NCBI GenBank assembly: GCA_029259155.1 | Contig: JAPDJI010000020.1 | Span: forward strand, 67,572 to 131,571 | DNA from: Candidatus Methanomethylicia archaeon | GTDB taxonomy: Archaea; Thermoproteota; Methanomethylicia; Nezhaarchaeales; B40-G2 | Length of the DNA: 64,000 nucleotides | Direction of reading: 5' to 3' | In this document: piece after piece, positions 9,628 to 19,974 of the stretch | How positions within the stretch are numbered: position 1 is the stretch's first letter | Layout of the letters: each line of letters opens with the position of its first letter | Program-made: the position numbers and the translations under genes | The notes under the pieces: generated by a model | What the model was told of the DNA's origin: nothing | Seen by the model: only the letters and a program-made list of their open reading frames with translations | The model's database searches: none

Positions 9628-10728
9628 TTGTGGAGGCTCTTAAGGCCAGACTCAGCTACAGTGTGGCAGGACGATGAAGTAGTGGCCAGGCTTAATTGGT
9701 ACTATAGCGTCATGACCGATAGGAAGCCGGCCAAGTACCTGATATGCAAACGAGTAGAAGTTGAGTTTAGCGGGGAGGAGGAGCTTGAGGAGCTCTGGGC
9801 TTTACACGATAAGGCAGCCAACAGCTTCAAGGAGCTCTGGACGAAAGTAAGAGAAGGCTTAAAGCTTGAAGAGGTCGACGCTCCTTCGAAGAGCTTACTT
9901 GACCTAAAGGTGGAGCTCGTTAAGCGGATGCTGAAAAGCTGCATGTTCTGTGAGAGGAGATGTTCAGTCGATAGAAGTAGAGGCGAAACAGGGTTCTGCA
10001 AACTAGATTCGCTAAGCAGGGTATCGACGTGGTTTCACCATTACGGTGAAGAAGCCCCTCTAGTGCCTAGCGGCACGATCTTCTTCACTTCATGCAACTT
10101 CCGCTGCCAGTTCTGCCAGAACTGGGACATCTCCACCGATCCACTGAACGGAGTAGAGGTTACACCGCGTAAGCTGGCTTCCATAGCCTCAACGCTAAGA
10201 AGAGAGGGCTGTAGGAACATCAACTATGTGGGGGGTGAGCCCACACCTAATCTTCACGTCATAGTCGAATCGTTGAGGTACATGGAAGTAAACGTACCTA
10301 TCCTTTGGAACAGCAACATGTACTGCAGCTTGGAGACCATGAAGATTTTAAGAGAGTTAGTGGACATATGGCTGCCAGACTTCAAGTACTATAGTGACGA
10401 GTGCGCCGAGAGGCTTTCAAAGGTCCCCAGGTACTTTGAAGTGGTGTCGAGAAACCATTTAATGGCTCATGAGAGCGGGGACATGATAATCAGGCACCTC
10501 GTATTGCCAAACCACCTCGAATGCTGTACTAAGCCTCTTTTAGAGTGGATAGCCAAGAACCTACCCAGGGCGCTAGTAAACATCATGGCTCAGTATAGAC
10601 CGGAACACGTGGTTGCAAGGGAGCCTCACCGCTTCCCTGAAATTGCAAGGAGGCCGACCCTCGAGGAAATGAAGGAGGCCTATGCCACTGCTCGAAGGCT
10701 GGGGATCATATACGAGCCTGTCTCCTAG
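9628..10728 (+). CDS. Radical SAM protein, PflX-like
   Basis: CMFCERRC, GEE.PLVPSGTIFF..CNFRCQFCQN, GGEPTP and LPDFKY motifs. Confidence 0.88.
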   Translation: MWRLLRPDSATVWQDDEVVARLNWYYSVMTDRKPAKYLICKRVEVEFSGEEELEELWALHDKAANSFKELWTKVREGLKLEEVDAPSKSLLDLKVELVKRMLKSCMFCERRCSVDRSRGETGFCKLDSLSRVSTWFHHYGEEAPLVPSGTIFFTSCNFRCQFCQNWDISTDPLNGVEVTPRKLASIASTLRREGCRNINYVGGEPTPNLHVIVESLRYMEVNVPILWNSNMYCSLETMKILRELVDIWLPDFKYYSDECAERLSKVPRYFEVVSRNHLMAHESGDMIIRHLVLPNHLECCTKPLLEWIAKNLPRALVNIMAQYRPEHVVAREPHRFPEIARRPTLEEMKEAYATARRLGIIYEPVS

Positions 10729-11779
10729 CAAGTTAAAGACGGCTGGTAAAATCAGAGTGTTCTTCACGCTCTCAGGCGAGCATCCAACCCTGCCAGCCGC
10801 CGAGGTTAAGGCTTTACTGGAGGCTGAAGAAGTTGAAGTTAAAGAGTTCGAGGCTCGTAGGTTTCTAGCTAGGATGCTCATCTCTCAGGATGACTGTTCA
10901 AGGATACTAGATAGGGCTTCAATGGTCACAGGCTGCTACCATGAGCTCCTAGCCTGCCGGGCAGAGGTGGAAGAGATAGCTAAGGAAGTAGGGGGAGTAG
11001 ATTGGTCGAGGCTCAAGGGTAAAAGCTTCGCCGTGAGGGTGGAGAGGAAAGGAGGGTGCTGTCCTCATCTAAGATCGGCAGAGTTGGAGAGGCTCATAGG
11101 GAAGGTGGTGAAGACGCAGGTTCCGGAAGCCAGGGTGTGCCTTAAAGCCCCCGAAGTGTTGGTCAAGGGGCTGGTGGTGGATCAAAGCTTCTATCTAGGC
11201 TTAAGCTTAGCTGAGGTAAGGAGAGGTGTTTTTGATGAGAGGAGGCCTAGGAGGAGGCCTTTCTTCCACCCCTCAGCGTTAGAGCCAAAGCTCGCTAGGC
11301 TCTTTGTAAACCTAGCTCGAGCTAAGAGAGGAGACCTCCTTTTCGACCCTTTCGCGGGGACAGGCAGCATCTTGATGGAAGCTGCATTGATAGGTTGCAG
11401 CCCAGTAGGCCTAGACATCGACCTTAGAATGGTGGAAGGCACTAAAGCTAACCTTAGACGCTACGCTCCCCACGCTATCGGAGCTTTGCGTGGAGACGCG
11501 AGGCATCCCCCGATATTAAAGGTAGACTGCGTAGTCACAGATCCTCCTTACGGCAGAACCTCGTCGACGAGGGGGGAGGACACCTCCACGTTGATAGAAA
11601 ACTTCCTGAACGTCGCGGCTGATCTACTGCCTCATGGAAGATACATGTGCCTAGCTACCCCTTCTTGGCTCGACTTGGCTGAAGCGGCTTTAAAGGCCGG
11701 GTTTAAAGTAGTGGAGGAGCATGAAATAAGAGTGCATAGATCCTTGACGAGGAGAGTAACGGTATTTAGGAGGTGTTGA
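10682..11779 (+). CDS. trm11: tRNA (guanine10-N2)-methyltransferase Trm11/TrmG10 (THUMP plus MTase)
   Basis: LSGEHPTLP.AE, RPFFHP, DPFAGTG, TDPPYGR and VHRSLTR motifs; true start probably ~20 codons downstream. Confidence 0.88.
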   Translation: MPLLEGWGSYTSLSPSKLKTAGKIRVFFTLSGEHPTLPAAEVKALLEAEEVEVKEFEARRFLARMLISQDDCSRILDRASMVTGCYHELLACRAEVEEIAKEVGGVDWSRLKGKSFAVRVERKGGCCPHLRSAELERLIGKVVKTQVPEARVCLKAPEVLVKGLVVDQSFYLGLSLAEVRRGVFDERRPRRRPFFHPSALEPKLARLFVNLARAKRGDLLFDPFAGTGSILMEAALIGCSPVGLDIDLRMVEGTKANLRRYAPHAIGALRGDARHPPILKVDCVVTDPPYGRTSSTRGEDTSTLIENFLNVAADLLPHGRYMCLATPSWLDLAEAALKAGFKVVEEHEIRVHRSLTRRVTVFRRC

Positions 11780-11780
11780 C

Positions 11781-12695
11781 GTGGTCCTTGAAGTATGGTT
11801 CCTAGGCACCTCAGCCAGCATCCCCACCCTCAATAGAGGGTTACCGTGCATAGCGTTAAAGCGAAGAGGAGAGCTCATCCTCTTCGACTGCGGTGAAGGT
11901 GCACAGAGACAGATGATGAAGGCAGGGGTAGGTTTCAGCAAGAAGATGAAGGTGTTCATAACGCACCTCCACGGAGACCACGTCCTCGGGCTTGCAGGCC
12001 TACTACAAAGCATGGGCCTCATGGGGAGAGAGGAAGAGCTGCAGGTTTACGGCCCTGAAGGGCTAGGAAGACTAATAGAGGCCTTTGAAGAAGCCCTCGG
12101 GTTCAAGCTGCCTTACGAGGTAGTAGTAAACGAAGTAGGGGAAGGTGTAATCCATAGAGGAGATGGGTATTTTATACAGGCAGCATATGTTGAACATTCG
12201 GTTCCAACGTTAGCCTACGCCCTCATCGAGGATAATAGGCCTGGACGCTTTAAACCTGAAAAAGCAGAGAAGCTGGGGGTCCCTAGAGGGCCGCTATGGA
12301 AAGCCCTGCAACGAGGAGAAAGCGTGGAGGTTAAAGGTAGAATCGTCAAGCCTGAGGAGGTAACGGGGCCTCCTAGGAAGGGGTTAAAGGTGGTTTATAG
12401 CGGAGATACCTCCTTCTGCGAAGCAATGGTTAAGCTCTCGGAAGATGCCGATCTCCTCATCCATGAAGCTACGTTCGACGACTCGCTCATACAGAAAGCC
12501 TTAGAAGAAAAGCATTCGACAGCTAGCCAGGCAGCTGAAGTAGCTAAGCTGGCACAAGTCAAGAGGCTTGTATTGACACATATAAGCCCTAGATACCAAG
12601 ACCCTTCCCCGCTTTTAGATCAAGCATCCAAGATTTTCCCAACGGTATTAATAGCTGAAGATTTCCTTAAGCTAAGGCTTAGTTATGAAGATTAA
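11781..12695 (+). CDS. rnz: Ribonuclease Z
   Basis: FLGTSASIPT, DCGEG, THLHGDH, GP exosite, SGDT, HEATF and HST motifs. Confidence 0.96.
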   Translation: MVLEVWFLGTSASIPTLNRGLPCIALKRRGELILFDCGEGAQRQMMKAGVGFSKKMKVFITHLHGDHVLGLAGLLQSMGLMGREEELQVYGPEGLGRLIEAFEEALGFKLPYEVVVNEVGEGVIHRGDGYFIQAAYVEHSVPTLAYALIEDNRPGRFKPEKAEKLGVPRGPLWKALQRGESVEVKGRIVKPEEVTGPPRKGLKVVYSGDTSFCEAMVKLSEDADLLIHEATFDDSLIQKALEEKHSTASQAAEVAKLAQVKRLVLTHISPRYQDPSPLLDQASKIFPTVLIAEDFLKLRLSYED

Positions 12696-13129
12696 GGATC
12701 CTCGGGCATAGGTACCTCGAACCTGGGCTTCCCATTCACGGTCGGAGGCGCCAGCCAGTCCAAGATCCTTTTAAGGTCACTACCCTCCACCTCTACCTCT
12801 ATAGGTCCCAGCGGTGACTCAGCTTCAGGCAAGCAGAAAACAGCGTGTCCTGAGTAAGCTGCCTGTTTATGCAGGTAGAAAACAAGTTTATCGCCGGTGG
12901 AGAAACGCTTGATCATGTATCTAGCCGCATCCAAAGTCCTCTGTTTACGCAGCCTCTCCCGAAGCTTAGCTAAGCTAAGCAGAGTATCGGACCGACCTGT
13001 AAGAAGTATAGTGCCTTCTAAACCCTCAGCCGTCCAGGAGGTTAAGGAAAACAAGTTCTCCACTGCTCTCTTCACTTTATCTTCATCCTCCGTGGGATAG
13101 ACGTGAACCCTTACCTGCACTCTCCCCAA
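12692..13129 (-). CDS. Predicted RNA-binding protein (DUF54/UPF0201)
   Basis: PTEDEDKV..A..N, LHKQAAY.G and ESPLGPI motifs. Confidence 0.85.
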   Translation of the reverse strand: MGRVQVRVHVYPTEDEDKVKRAVENLFSLTSWTAEGLEGTILLTGRSDTLLSLAKLRERLRKQRTLDAARYMIKRFSTGDKLVFYLHKQAAYSGHAVFCLPEAESPLGPIEVEVEGSDLKRILDWLAPPTVNGKPRFEVPMPEDP

Positions 13130-13132
13130 GCT

Positions 13133-13681
13133 TCAACCCCTCTCAGCTAGCTCTCTAAGAATTTTGGAGGCTAGTGAAAAGGCTTGGGTAGGTGATTCCT
13201 CGTTGACGATCATATAGTCAGCTAAAGCAATCACCTCTCCAAGCCCTACCTTGAGCTCCCTTAAATCACGTTCAACAAACTCGCTCCAATTTGAAGGATC
13301 ATCGCTCCTACCCCTTCGTTTAAGCCTCTCATACCTAAGCCTAGGCGAAGCGTGTACTGCTACGATCACCACATGGTTAAAATGCTGCTTGAAGACTTCA
13401 ACCTCCGCTAAGCTACGCGTCCCTTCAAACACCACGACGTCATCGTCCGGCGACACCTGCATTAAACAAAGCTTCGCGACCGCTGCAGGCCCCATTTCCT
13501 CCCTAAGCCTCAACATCAGTGAACCTAATCCTTCACGGGTCAGAGGAACCCCTCTCTTCATCGCTTCCCGTCTCACGGCATCCCCCATCACTATGACCTT
13601 AAAACCAAGCTTCCTAGCAGCCTCAGATACCAGCGTCTTTCCTGAGCCTGGGAGACCTGCCACGCAAATAGCGAGCTTCAA
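13133..13681 (-). CDS. UPF0200 dephospho-CoA-kinase-like P-loop kinase
   Basis: GLPGSGKT, MGDAVR, RGRSDD and RD.REL..GLG motifs. Confidence 0.85.
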   Translation of the reverse strand: MKLAICVAGLPGSGKTLVSEAARKLGFKVIVMGDAVRREAMKRGVPLTREGLGSLMLRLREEMGPAAVAKLCLMQVSPDDDVVVFEGTRSLAEVEVFKQHFNHVVIVAVHASPRLRYERLKRRGRSDDPSNWSEFVERDLRELKVGLGEVIALADYMIVNEESPTQAFSLASKILRELAERG

Positions 13682-13900
13682 ACCACGACCCTCAGTCCTA
13701 AAAGATGATATGGTTCACCGCATAACCCTTCTACCGTCAAGGTTACGCCTAACATGTATTTAAAAGCTAAAAAACAGCGGTCGATCGCTAGAGGTGGCAT
13801 CAATGGTATTGTTCAACTCTTCAATCTCGTTTTAAGACCTTGAAGGAAAAGCTTCTCCACGTTAATCAACGCCGAGACACATGGTCTTAGCCATGCTACA

Positions 13901-14875
13901 CTACACCTTGGCCTTATAGAATATCGTCTCGCCGTAAGCTTCCTCGACTATTGAGCCATCAGCAACTAGGCCTTTAACTATGCTCTCAGCCTCCTCGAGC
14001 CTTAAGCCGAGGATCGATGCTATTTCGCTTATTCGGCAAGGCCTTCTCCTAGTCAAATCTATTACTTTCAACTCCAGCTCCTCTACGACGGAAACCTTTA
14101 GCTCACCCTTAACTTGGCGTGGTTGATAAGCAGTTATGACGTTAGACGATGAGTACTCTCTTATAAGCGATGCAGCCTCCTGCATTTCATGTAGCTCTAA
14201 GGGCTTAACCCATTTTTCAGCGGGAGGCCTTAGAACAGTGTTGAGCTGAACCTCCTTAGGTGAGAGCTCACATATAATTTCGGACAGCTTCATTAAGTAC
14301 TCAGCGCTGTTATTAACGTCTTTAATAAGCATTACTTGGAGCGCAAGCTTATCGCTACCCCACTCTTCTTTAAACCTCCTCAAACCATCGATAATCATGC
14401 TTATCCGGAGCCTAGGCGAGGGCCTATTGATGGCTTGAAAGGTTTCTTCATCAACCGCGTCCAGCTTAGCCACCACAAGGTCGAGGAGGCTTAGGGCCTC
14501 ACGCACCTCGTTTCTCCACATAAGAGAGGAGTTGGTTAAGATAGCTATCTTTAGATCGCCAACCTCCTCTCTAAGATTGGTGACGAGCTCCTTTAACTTA
14601 GGGTAAAGCGTAGGCTCACCGATCCCTGAGAGCGTTACGTAATCGATGGATTCTTGTTTAAGCTTCTTCAAGGCTGAGGCAAGCTCCTTCCTTATGGTTT
14701 GAGGATCGACGTAGTTCTTGACGTCTTCAGGGCCATCAACCTTACGCCTAGTACTCCCAAGCTGACAGTAAACGCAGTCGAAGGTGCAGGTCTTAGGTGG
14801 AAGCAGGGGGTCTACGCCCAAAGAGTAACCTAGACGCCAAGAGCGGACTGGGCCGTAAATGGTCAAATAGTCCAC
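13901..14875 (-). CDS. Radical SAM Fe-S oxidoreductase (COG0731-like) with C-terminal winged helix
   Basis: YGPVRSWRLG.SLGVD, CTFDCVYCQLG, GEPTLYP and RPPAE motifs. Confidence 0.88.
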   Translation of the reverse strand: MDYLTIYGPVRSWRLGYSLGVDPLLPPKTCTFDCVYCQLGSTRRKVDGPEDVKNYVDPQTIRKELASALKKLKQESIDYVTLSGIGEPTLYPKLKELVTNLREEVGDLKIAILTNSSLMWRNEVREALSLLDLVVAKLDAVDEETFQAINRPSPRLRISMIIDGLRRFKEEWGSDKLALQVMLIKDVNNSAEYLMKLSEIICELSPKEVQLNTVLRPPAEKWVKPLELHEMQEAASLIREYSSSNVITAYQPRQVKGELKVSVVEELELKVIDLTRRRPCRISEIASILGLRLEEAESIVKGLVADGSIVEEAYGETIFYKAKV

Positions 14876-14892
14876 CGAGATAATGAGGAGGC

Positions 14893-15903
14893 CTAGCGAT
14901 ATAACACTAACTCCATGTAGAGGCCTAGCCCTTTCTCCTTCGCCTTTTCATAAGCTAGCTTAGCGGTCACAGCATCCTGTACAGCTAACCCCGTGGAGCA
15001 GAATACCGTAATTTCGCTTTCAGACTCTCTTCCAGGCTTTAGCCCAGCCACGACCTCGCCTATCTCGGCATGAATATCCTTCTCCGAAAGTAAGCCTTTA
15101 GACAAGGGCACGTTTACTTCACCGCTATGTATGGCTTGTTCCATATCATCAACCACTATCTTCGCTCTCTTCAGTATCATAGGATCAAGCTCTTCTTTGC
15201 CTGGAGCATCGGCACCTATACAGTTAAAGTGGGTTCCCGGGCCGACCCACTCGTCCTTCACAATGGGCTGCCTAGAGGGGGTTGCGGTAACCACGATATC
15301 TGCCCCTTTTACGGCTTCCTCAGCGCTATCAACAGCTTTAAAGTTAGCCACTCCGGAGTATAGCTTTCCCATCTCTTCGACAAAGCTCTGCGCCCTCTCT
15401 CTAGATATATCATAAACCCTAACTGCCTCGAGCTTGCCGTAAATCGTGGTTAAGGCCGCTAGCTGCGTTCTTGCTTGTCGGCCTGCTCCTATCATCCCAA
15501 TGACCTTGCTATCTTTCCTCGCTAGATACTTAGCTGCTACCCCTCCCGCTGCCCCCGTCCTCAAGTCAGTTATATGGCCGCCGTCCATGATGGCTAAGGG
15601 GAAGCCTGTCTCAGGGTCGACCAGTATTACCGTGGACATGACTGTCCGTAAACCCTTCTCAACGTTCTTAGGATGCGAATTCACCACTTTGACCGTTGAG
15701 ACCTCTAAATCTTCGATGTAGGAAGGCATACATCTTAAGTCCCCTCCATATTTCGAGTAGAAGAGGTATATTTTAGCGGGCATCTGCACTTTCCCCAATG
15801 CCTTAAGCCTGAAGGCCTCCTCAACCCTCTCGATAACTTCATTTATCATTAACAGGCCCTTCAGCTCCTCCCCTCTTACCAATAGAGTCTTCAAGGCCAC
15901 CAC
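14893..15903 (-). CDS. ala: Alanine dehydrogenase (ornithine cyclodeaminase/mu-crystallin family)
   Basis: QMPAK.YL, GDLRCMP, RTGAAGG, GAGRQA, GADAPGKEE and STGLAVQD motifs. Confidence 0.85.
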   Translation of the reverse strand: MVALKTLLVRGEELKGLLMINEVIERVEEAFRLKALGKVQMPAKIYLFYSKYGGDLRCMPSYIEDLEVSTVKVVNSHPKNVEKGLRTVMSTVILVDPETGFPLAIMDGGHITDLRTGAAGGVAAKYLARKDSKVIGMIGAGRQARTQLAALTTIYGKLEAVRVYDISRERAQSFVEEMGKLYSGVANFKAVDSAEEAVKGADIVVTATPSRQPIVKDEWVGPGTHFNCIGADAPGKEELDPMILKRAKIVVDDMEQAIHSGEVNVPLSKGLLSEKDIHAEIGEVVAGLKPGRESESEITVFCSTGLAVQDAVTAKLAYEKAKEKGLGLYMELVLYR

Positions 15904-16114
15904 GCCTCGAGGGTAAAGAGAGTTTCAATCGCGATGCCTGTCAACCTTGCTGAAAGCATAATCCAGCGCTTCAATTCCCCTATCCGTTCTCCCCAGTTAT
16001 TGGTAGTCAATTTTGATAGTAGCCTTCTTTCTATATATCTTTTAATAACCTCCTAATCGTCTTGGTGTACATGGCGTTTAAGGGTTTTAGGTTCCCCAAA
16101 AGAAAAAGTAAGGC

Positions 16115-16864
16115 TTAGCTTAGAGGATGAAACTTCTCTAGACCTCTTTCTCTCGTCCTAACATAAACCTCCCTGAAACCGCTGTCATATACAATCCTAG
16201 CTAGCTTTAACAAGACCTCTCTAGGAGTGGCAGGGAGTTTACGAAAATCAGGGTTGAGCACCGTCTCGCTAGGCACGAACTGGTTTAGGATGTAATAGTC
16301 GCACTCCGCTATGCTCGAAGCAATGGAGGCTACTTCCTCCTCACCTATCATTCCTGGAACCACCGTGGTCCTAACCTCGAGTTTCACTCCGCTTGCTCGA
16401 CATAGCTTTATGGTCTCCTCCACCCTCTTCACCGCCCAGGCTCCGTCAACCCCCGTAAGCCTTGAGTAAGCCTCAGGGTTCAGCGGCGCCTTCACATCCA
16501 TGGCTACGTGGTCGACTAGGCCTTCCTCTATCAACGCCTTTAATACGTCAGGCCTAGACCCGTTGGTGTTAACCCCCACGCTCATGCCCAGCTCCCGCGC
16601 CGCCATACATACCTGCCTTAACCCATCGGGCTGAATAGTACATTCTCCACCAGTCACGTGGAGGCTATCGACAAGCAGCAAAGCCTTCCTCAGCCTCTCG
16701 GCTATCAGGCTTATGTCCACCTCCACCCCAGAATCGATAGGTATGAGCGTGGAGTTTTGACAGAACGGGCACCTAAAGTTGCATCCAGCGAAGAAAACCA
16801 CGGCACAAGGCTTACCGGGCCAGTCGGAGGCTGAAAGGTCCAGAATACCCCCTATCCTAACCAA
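16115..16864 (-). CDS. nrdG: Anaerobic ribonucleotide reductase activating enzyme-like radical SAM
   Basis: DWPGK..AVVF..GCNFRCPFCQN, TNGS.P, AMDVKAP and EVRTTVVP motifs. Confidence 0.82.
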   Translation of the reverse strand: MVRIGGILDLSASDWPGKPCAVVFFAGCNFRCPFCQNSTLIPIDSGVEVDISLIAERLRKALLLVDSLHVTGGECTIQPDGLRQVCMAARELGMSVGVNTNGSRPDVLKALIEEGLVDHVAMDVKAPLNPEAYSRLTGVDGAWAVKRVEETIKLCRASGVKLEVRTTVVPGMIGEEEVASIASSIAECDYYILNQFVPSETVLNPDFRKLPATPREVLLKLARIVYDSGFREVYVRTRERGLEKFHPLS

Positions 16865-16954
16865 GCTAAGCCACAGCCCCGCCCTTAAGGCGTAATAGGT
16901 TCTTTTAAGTTTTAATTGGAAGGGGAGTAGACAATTGTTAGGGGTTGGCTGTCC

Positions 16955-17833
16955 ATGATCAAGGTCGTGCCTGGCCCTGCCTCAAGGAGGTTAGGCGCAA
17001 GCTTAGCAGAAGAGCTGAAAACCAGCGTCTTAGAAGTGGAGAGCAAGGTGTTTCCCGACGGCGAGTCTTATGTAAGGTTGAAAGGTGAAGTTGCTGGAGA
17101 AGAGGTAGTAGTGGTGCAGTCTTGTTATCCTCCTCAGGATAAACACCTCATCGAGTTGTTGCTACTGGTTAAGACTATCAAGGAGCTTGGAGCACGCAAG
17201 GTAATCGCTGCCGTGCCTTACTTAGCGTACTCGAGGCAGGATAAAAGGTTCCTCGAAGGAGAAGCAGTTAGCGGGAGAGTGGTGTTAGAGCTTATAGGGC
17301 TAGCTGGCGCCGATGCCTTATTGACGGTTGACGTGCACAGCGAAGCCTTGTTAGAAAAGCTAAGCTTTAAAGCAGTCAACGTCTCAGCCATGCCGCTCAT
17401 AGCTCGGTACTTGTCCCAGTTAAGGCTCCTGAACCCCTTCATCCTCTCCCCGGACAAGAAGAGAGCAAGGGAAGCAGGCTTAGTGGCTTCCCTGCTTAAT
17501 ACTGATCATGGTTATCTAGAGAAGGTGAGGGATCTTTCAACGGGAGAGGTTAAGACAATGGTTAAAGGCTTGCCTGTGGAGGGGAGAGACGTGGTGATAG
17601 TGGATGATATAATAAGCACCGGAGGCACCATCGCCAACGCAGCGTCCATAGTTAAGAGTCAAGGAGCTAGGAGAGTGCTGGCAGCATGTACTCATCCTAT
17701 TTTAGCTAAGGGGGCAGAGGAACGTATGCGTAAAGCTGGAGTAGAGGAGATCATAGGGACTGACGCCGTGGAAAGCCATGTTAGCCGCGTATCGGTAGCT
17801 CCTGCCCTAGCTGAGGCTTTAAGAAAGCTCTAG
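16955..17833 (+). CDS. prs: Ribose-phosphate pyrophosphokinase
   Basis: FPDGE, PYLAYSRQD and VDDIISTGGT motifs. Confidence 0.95.
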   Translation: MIKVVPGPASRRLGASLAEELKTSVLEVESKVFPDGESYVRLKGEVAGEEVVVVQSCYPPQDKHLIELLLLVKTIKELGARKVIAAVPYLAYSRQDKRFLEGEAVSGRVVLELIGLAGADALLTVDVHSEALLEKLSFKAVNVSAMPLIARYLSQLRLLNPFILSPDKKRAREAGLVASLLNTDHGYLEKVRDLSTGEVKTMVKGLPVEGRDVVIVDDIISTGGTIANAASIVKSQGARRVLAACTHPILAKGAEERMRKAGVEEIIGTDAVESHVSRVSVAPALAEALRKL

Positions 17834-17836
17834 GGA

Positions 17837-18427
17837 TCAGCCAAGTTGCTTAACGTATAGGTCCGAGTATATGGATCCCTTAGGCGTTAAGATGCTTCGT
17901 TTCAGCTTAACCGACTCTACGTGTTGAAGCCCGAAGTCCGCGTCAGCCATCTCAGCTAAAAGCTTAGTTAGAGAGTTTAAGGCTCGAGGGCTTTTAACCC
18001 TAGCCAACGTAATATGAGGGGTAAAAGCTTCCCGCTCAGGCCTAAAGCCTAAAGGCCTAAGGGAAAACTCTACCTGCCTGTATAGGTCTATTAACTGTTG
18101 AGAGCCGTCAGCCACCCCTACCCACACAACTCTAGGCCTCCCCGGAGAAGGGAAAGCTCCGAGGCCTTTAAGCCTCATATCGAAAGGCTTTCCGCTTAGC
18201 TTACCTAGCGCCTTCGCAACCTCGTCTACAAGGCTTTGAGGTATCTCGCCTAGGAAACGTAGCGTTACATGGATATTCTCCTTCTCCACCAACTTCACGT
18301 TGCAGCCCAGCTTATTTATAGCATCCTGTACATCACATAGCTTGCTGAGAAGGCTGGGGTCATCAACGTCCACTGCTATGAAACATCTGATCCTCTCCAC
18401 TAGACCACCATGAATAAAGAGAGGCAA
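17837..18427 (-). CDS. thpR: RNA 2',3'-cyclic phosphodiesterase (2H family)
   Basis: Two HxT motifs (HVTLRFLG, PHITLAR), R.FIAVD and PRVVWVG. Confidence 0.92.
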   Translation of the reverse strand: MPLFIHGGLVERIRCFIAVDVDDPSLLSKLCDVQDAINKLGCNVKLVEKENIHVTLRFLGEIPQSLVDEVAKALGKLSGKPFDMRLKGLGAFPSPGRPRVVWVGVADGSQQLIDLYRQVEFSLRPLGFRPEREAFTPHITLARVKSPRALNSLTKLLAEMADADFGLQHVESVKLKRSILTPKGSIYSDLYVKQLG

Positions 18428-18546
18428 AACTAGGCTTAAGCCTTAGCCCTCAGGCTAGCTTTAGTTAAAGGACCAGGGTGCCGAGAGGCAACCTATTTAC
18501 TGTTCTTTGACAGCAATATCCGGTAAGCAGGCGGGAAGGGCCAGGT

Positions 18547-19974
18547 ATGGAGGAGCTTAAGCGTAGGCTCATTGCTAAGCTTAGGCCGAGCATCGAAGAG
18601 AGGCAGAGGATCGAGCAGATCATAAAACAGGTTAAGGAGAAGGTGGAGGCAGAAGCTAGTAGGCTGAGCGTAGACGTGGAGGTTAAGGTGGAGGGCTCCA
18701 TAGCTAAGGATACTTGGATCAGCGGAGACCGGGACATAGATGTGTTCATTAGGCTACCACCAAGCTTAGGCAAGAAAGGGTTGGAGGAGCTCGGGCTAAA
18801 GATAGCGAGGGCAGCTGCTGGTCAAAGCTACTTAGAAAACTATGCTGAGCATCCATACATTCAAGCCTTCATTGAAGGCTACAGAATAGACCTCGTACCC
18901 TGCTTTAAGCTGGAGAAACTTGAAGGAGAAGTCACCGCCGTGGATAGGACCCCTTTCCACACCGCATTTATCAAGGCTAAGCTAAGCGAGGAAGCTAGAG
19001 ATGAGGTTAGGCTTCTAAAGGGTTTCATGAAGGGCGTAGGGGTTTACGGAGCCGAAATCAAGGTTCAAGGTTTCTCAGGCTACCTATGCGAACTACTAGT
19101 GCTTCACTATGGAGGCTTCCGACAAGTACTCGAAGCCGCGACATCCTGGAGACCTAGAGAAGTAGTGATAGATATAGCTGGGCATTACAGCAAGGTTGAA
19201 GATGCCCTAAACGTCTTCGATCAACCTCTAATAGTGGTGGACCCTGTTGATGCTAAGCGTAACGTGGCAGCAGCGCTCTCACTTCAGCGAATGGCGGAGT
19301 TTGTCGTCGCCTCGAGGCTTTTCCTGAAAACGCCGAGTGAACATTTCTTCTTCCCACCGCCCCCTCGGGAGATTAGCCATGAAGAGCTAGGGGAGCATTT
19401 GAAGGTTAGGGGCGTACACATAGTAGCCTTGGAGGTTAAGGTTTCAAGAGAGCCTCCTGATATACTCTGGGGTCAGCTTTACAAGTCGCTTGAAGGGTTT
19501 GAGGAGTTGTTGATGGGGGCAGGCTTTGAAGTGTTAGATAGGGGGGTATGGAGTGATGAGGAGAAAGTGGCGGTCTTTACCTTCGAGCTCCCACACGTGC
19601 GCATTCCAAGGGTTAAGAAACAGCTAGGACCCCCTGTATCCTCCGCCCCGCATGAAGAGCGTTTCTTACAGAAGCATGTGGGTAAGGACTTGAAGGGCCC
19701 TCGCCTTGAAGATTGGAGGTGGATAGCATATTCTTCGAGAAAGTATGTCGATGCTGCTGAGCTGCTCAGGGAGCAGGGTCATAGAGCTAGGCTGGGTAAA
19801 GTCATCCAGGAGGGGTTGCGTAGGGAGGCTAGAACCTACATGGACCTTGAGTTAGCTGTGCTACTCGATAGGCTTGAGGGGTATCGACTCCACCTCTCAG
19901 AACTACTCGACGGCAGGCCGAGGTGGCTGAGGGCTTACATGGAGGCCGCTAAGCTTGAAGATAAACGTAGCTAA
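18547..19974 (+). CDS. cca: Archaeal CCA-adding enzyme
   Basis: GSIAKDTW..D.DIDVF, YAEHPY, AVDRTPFH and GVYGAE...GFSGYLCELL motifs. Confidence 0.96.
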   Translation: MEELKRRLIAKLRPSIEERQRIEQIIKQVKEKVEAEASRLSVDVEVKVEGSIAKDTWISGDRDIDVFIRLPPSLGKKGLEELGLKIARAAAGQSYLENYAEHPYIQAFIEGYRIDLVPCFKLEKLEGEVTAVDRTPFHTAFIKAKLSEEARDEVRLLKGFMKGVGVYGAEIKVQGFSGYLCELLVLHYGGFRQVLEAATSWRPREVVIDIAGHYSKVEDALNVFDQPLIVVDPVDAKRNVAAALSLQRMAEFVVASRLFLKTPSEHFFFPPPPREISHEELGEHLKVRGVHIVALEVKVSREPPDILWGQLYKSLEGFEELLMGAGFEVLDRGVWSDEEKVAVFTFELPHVRIPRVKKQLGPPVSSAPHEERFLQKHVGKDLKGPRLEDWRWIAYSSRKYVDAAELLREQGHRARLGKVIQEGLRREARTYMDLELAVLLDRLEGYRLHLSELLDGRPRWLRAYMEAAKLEDKRS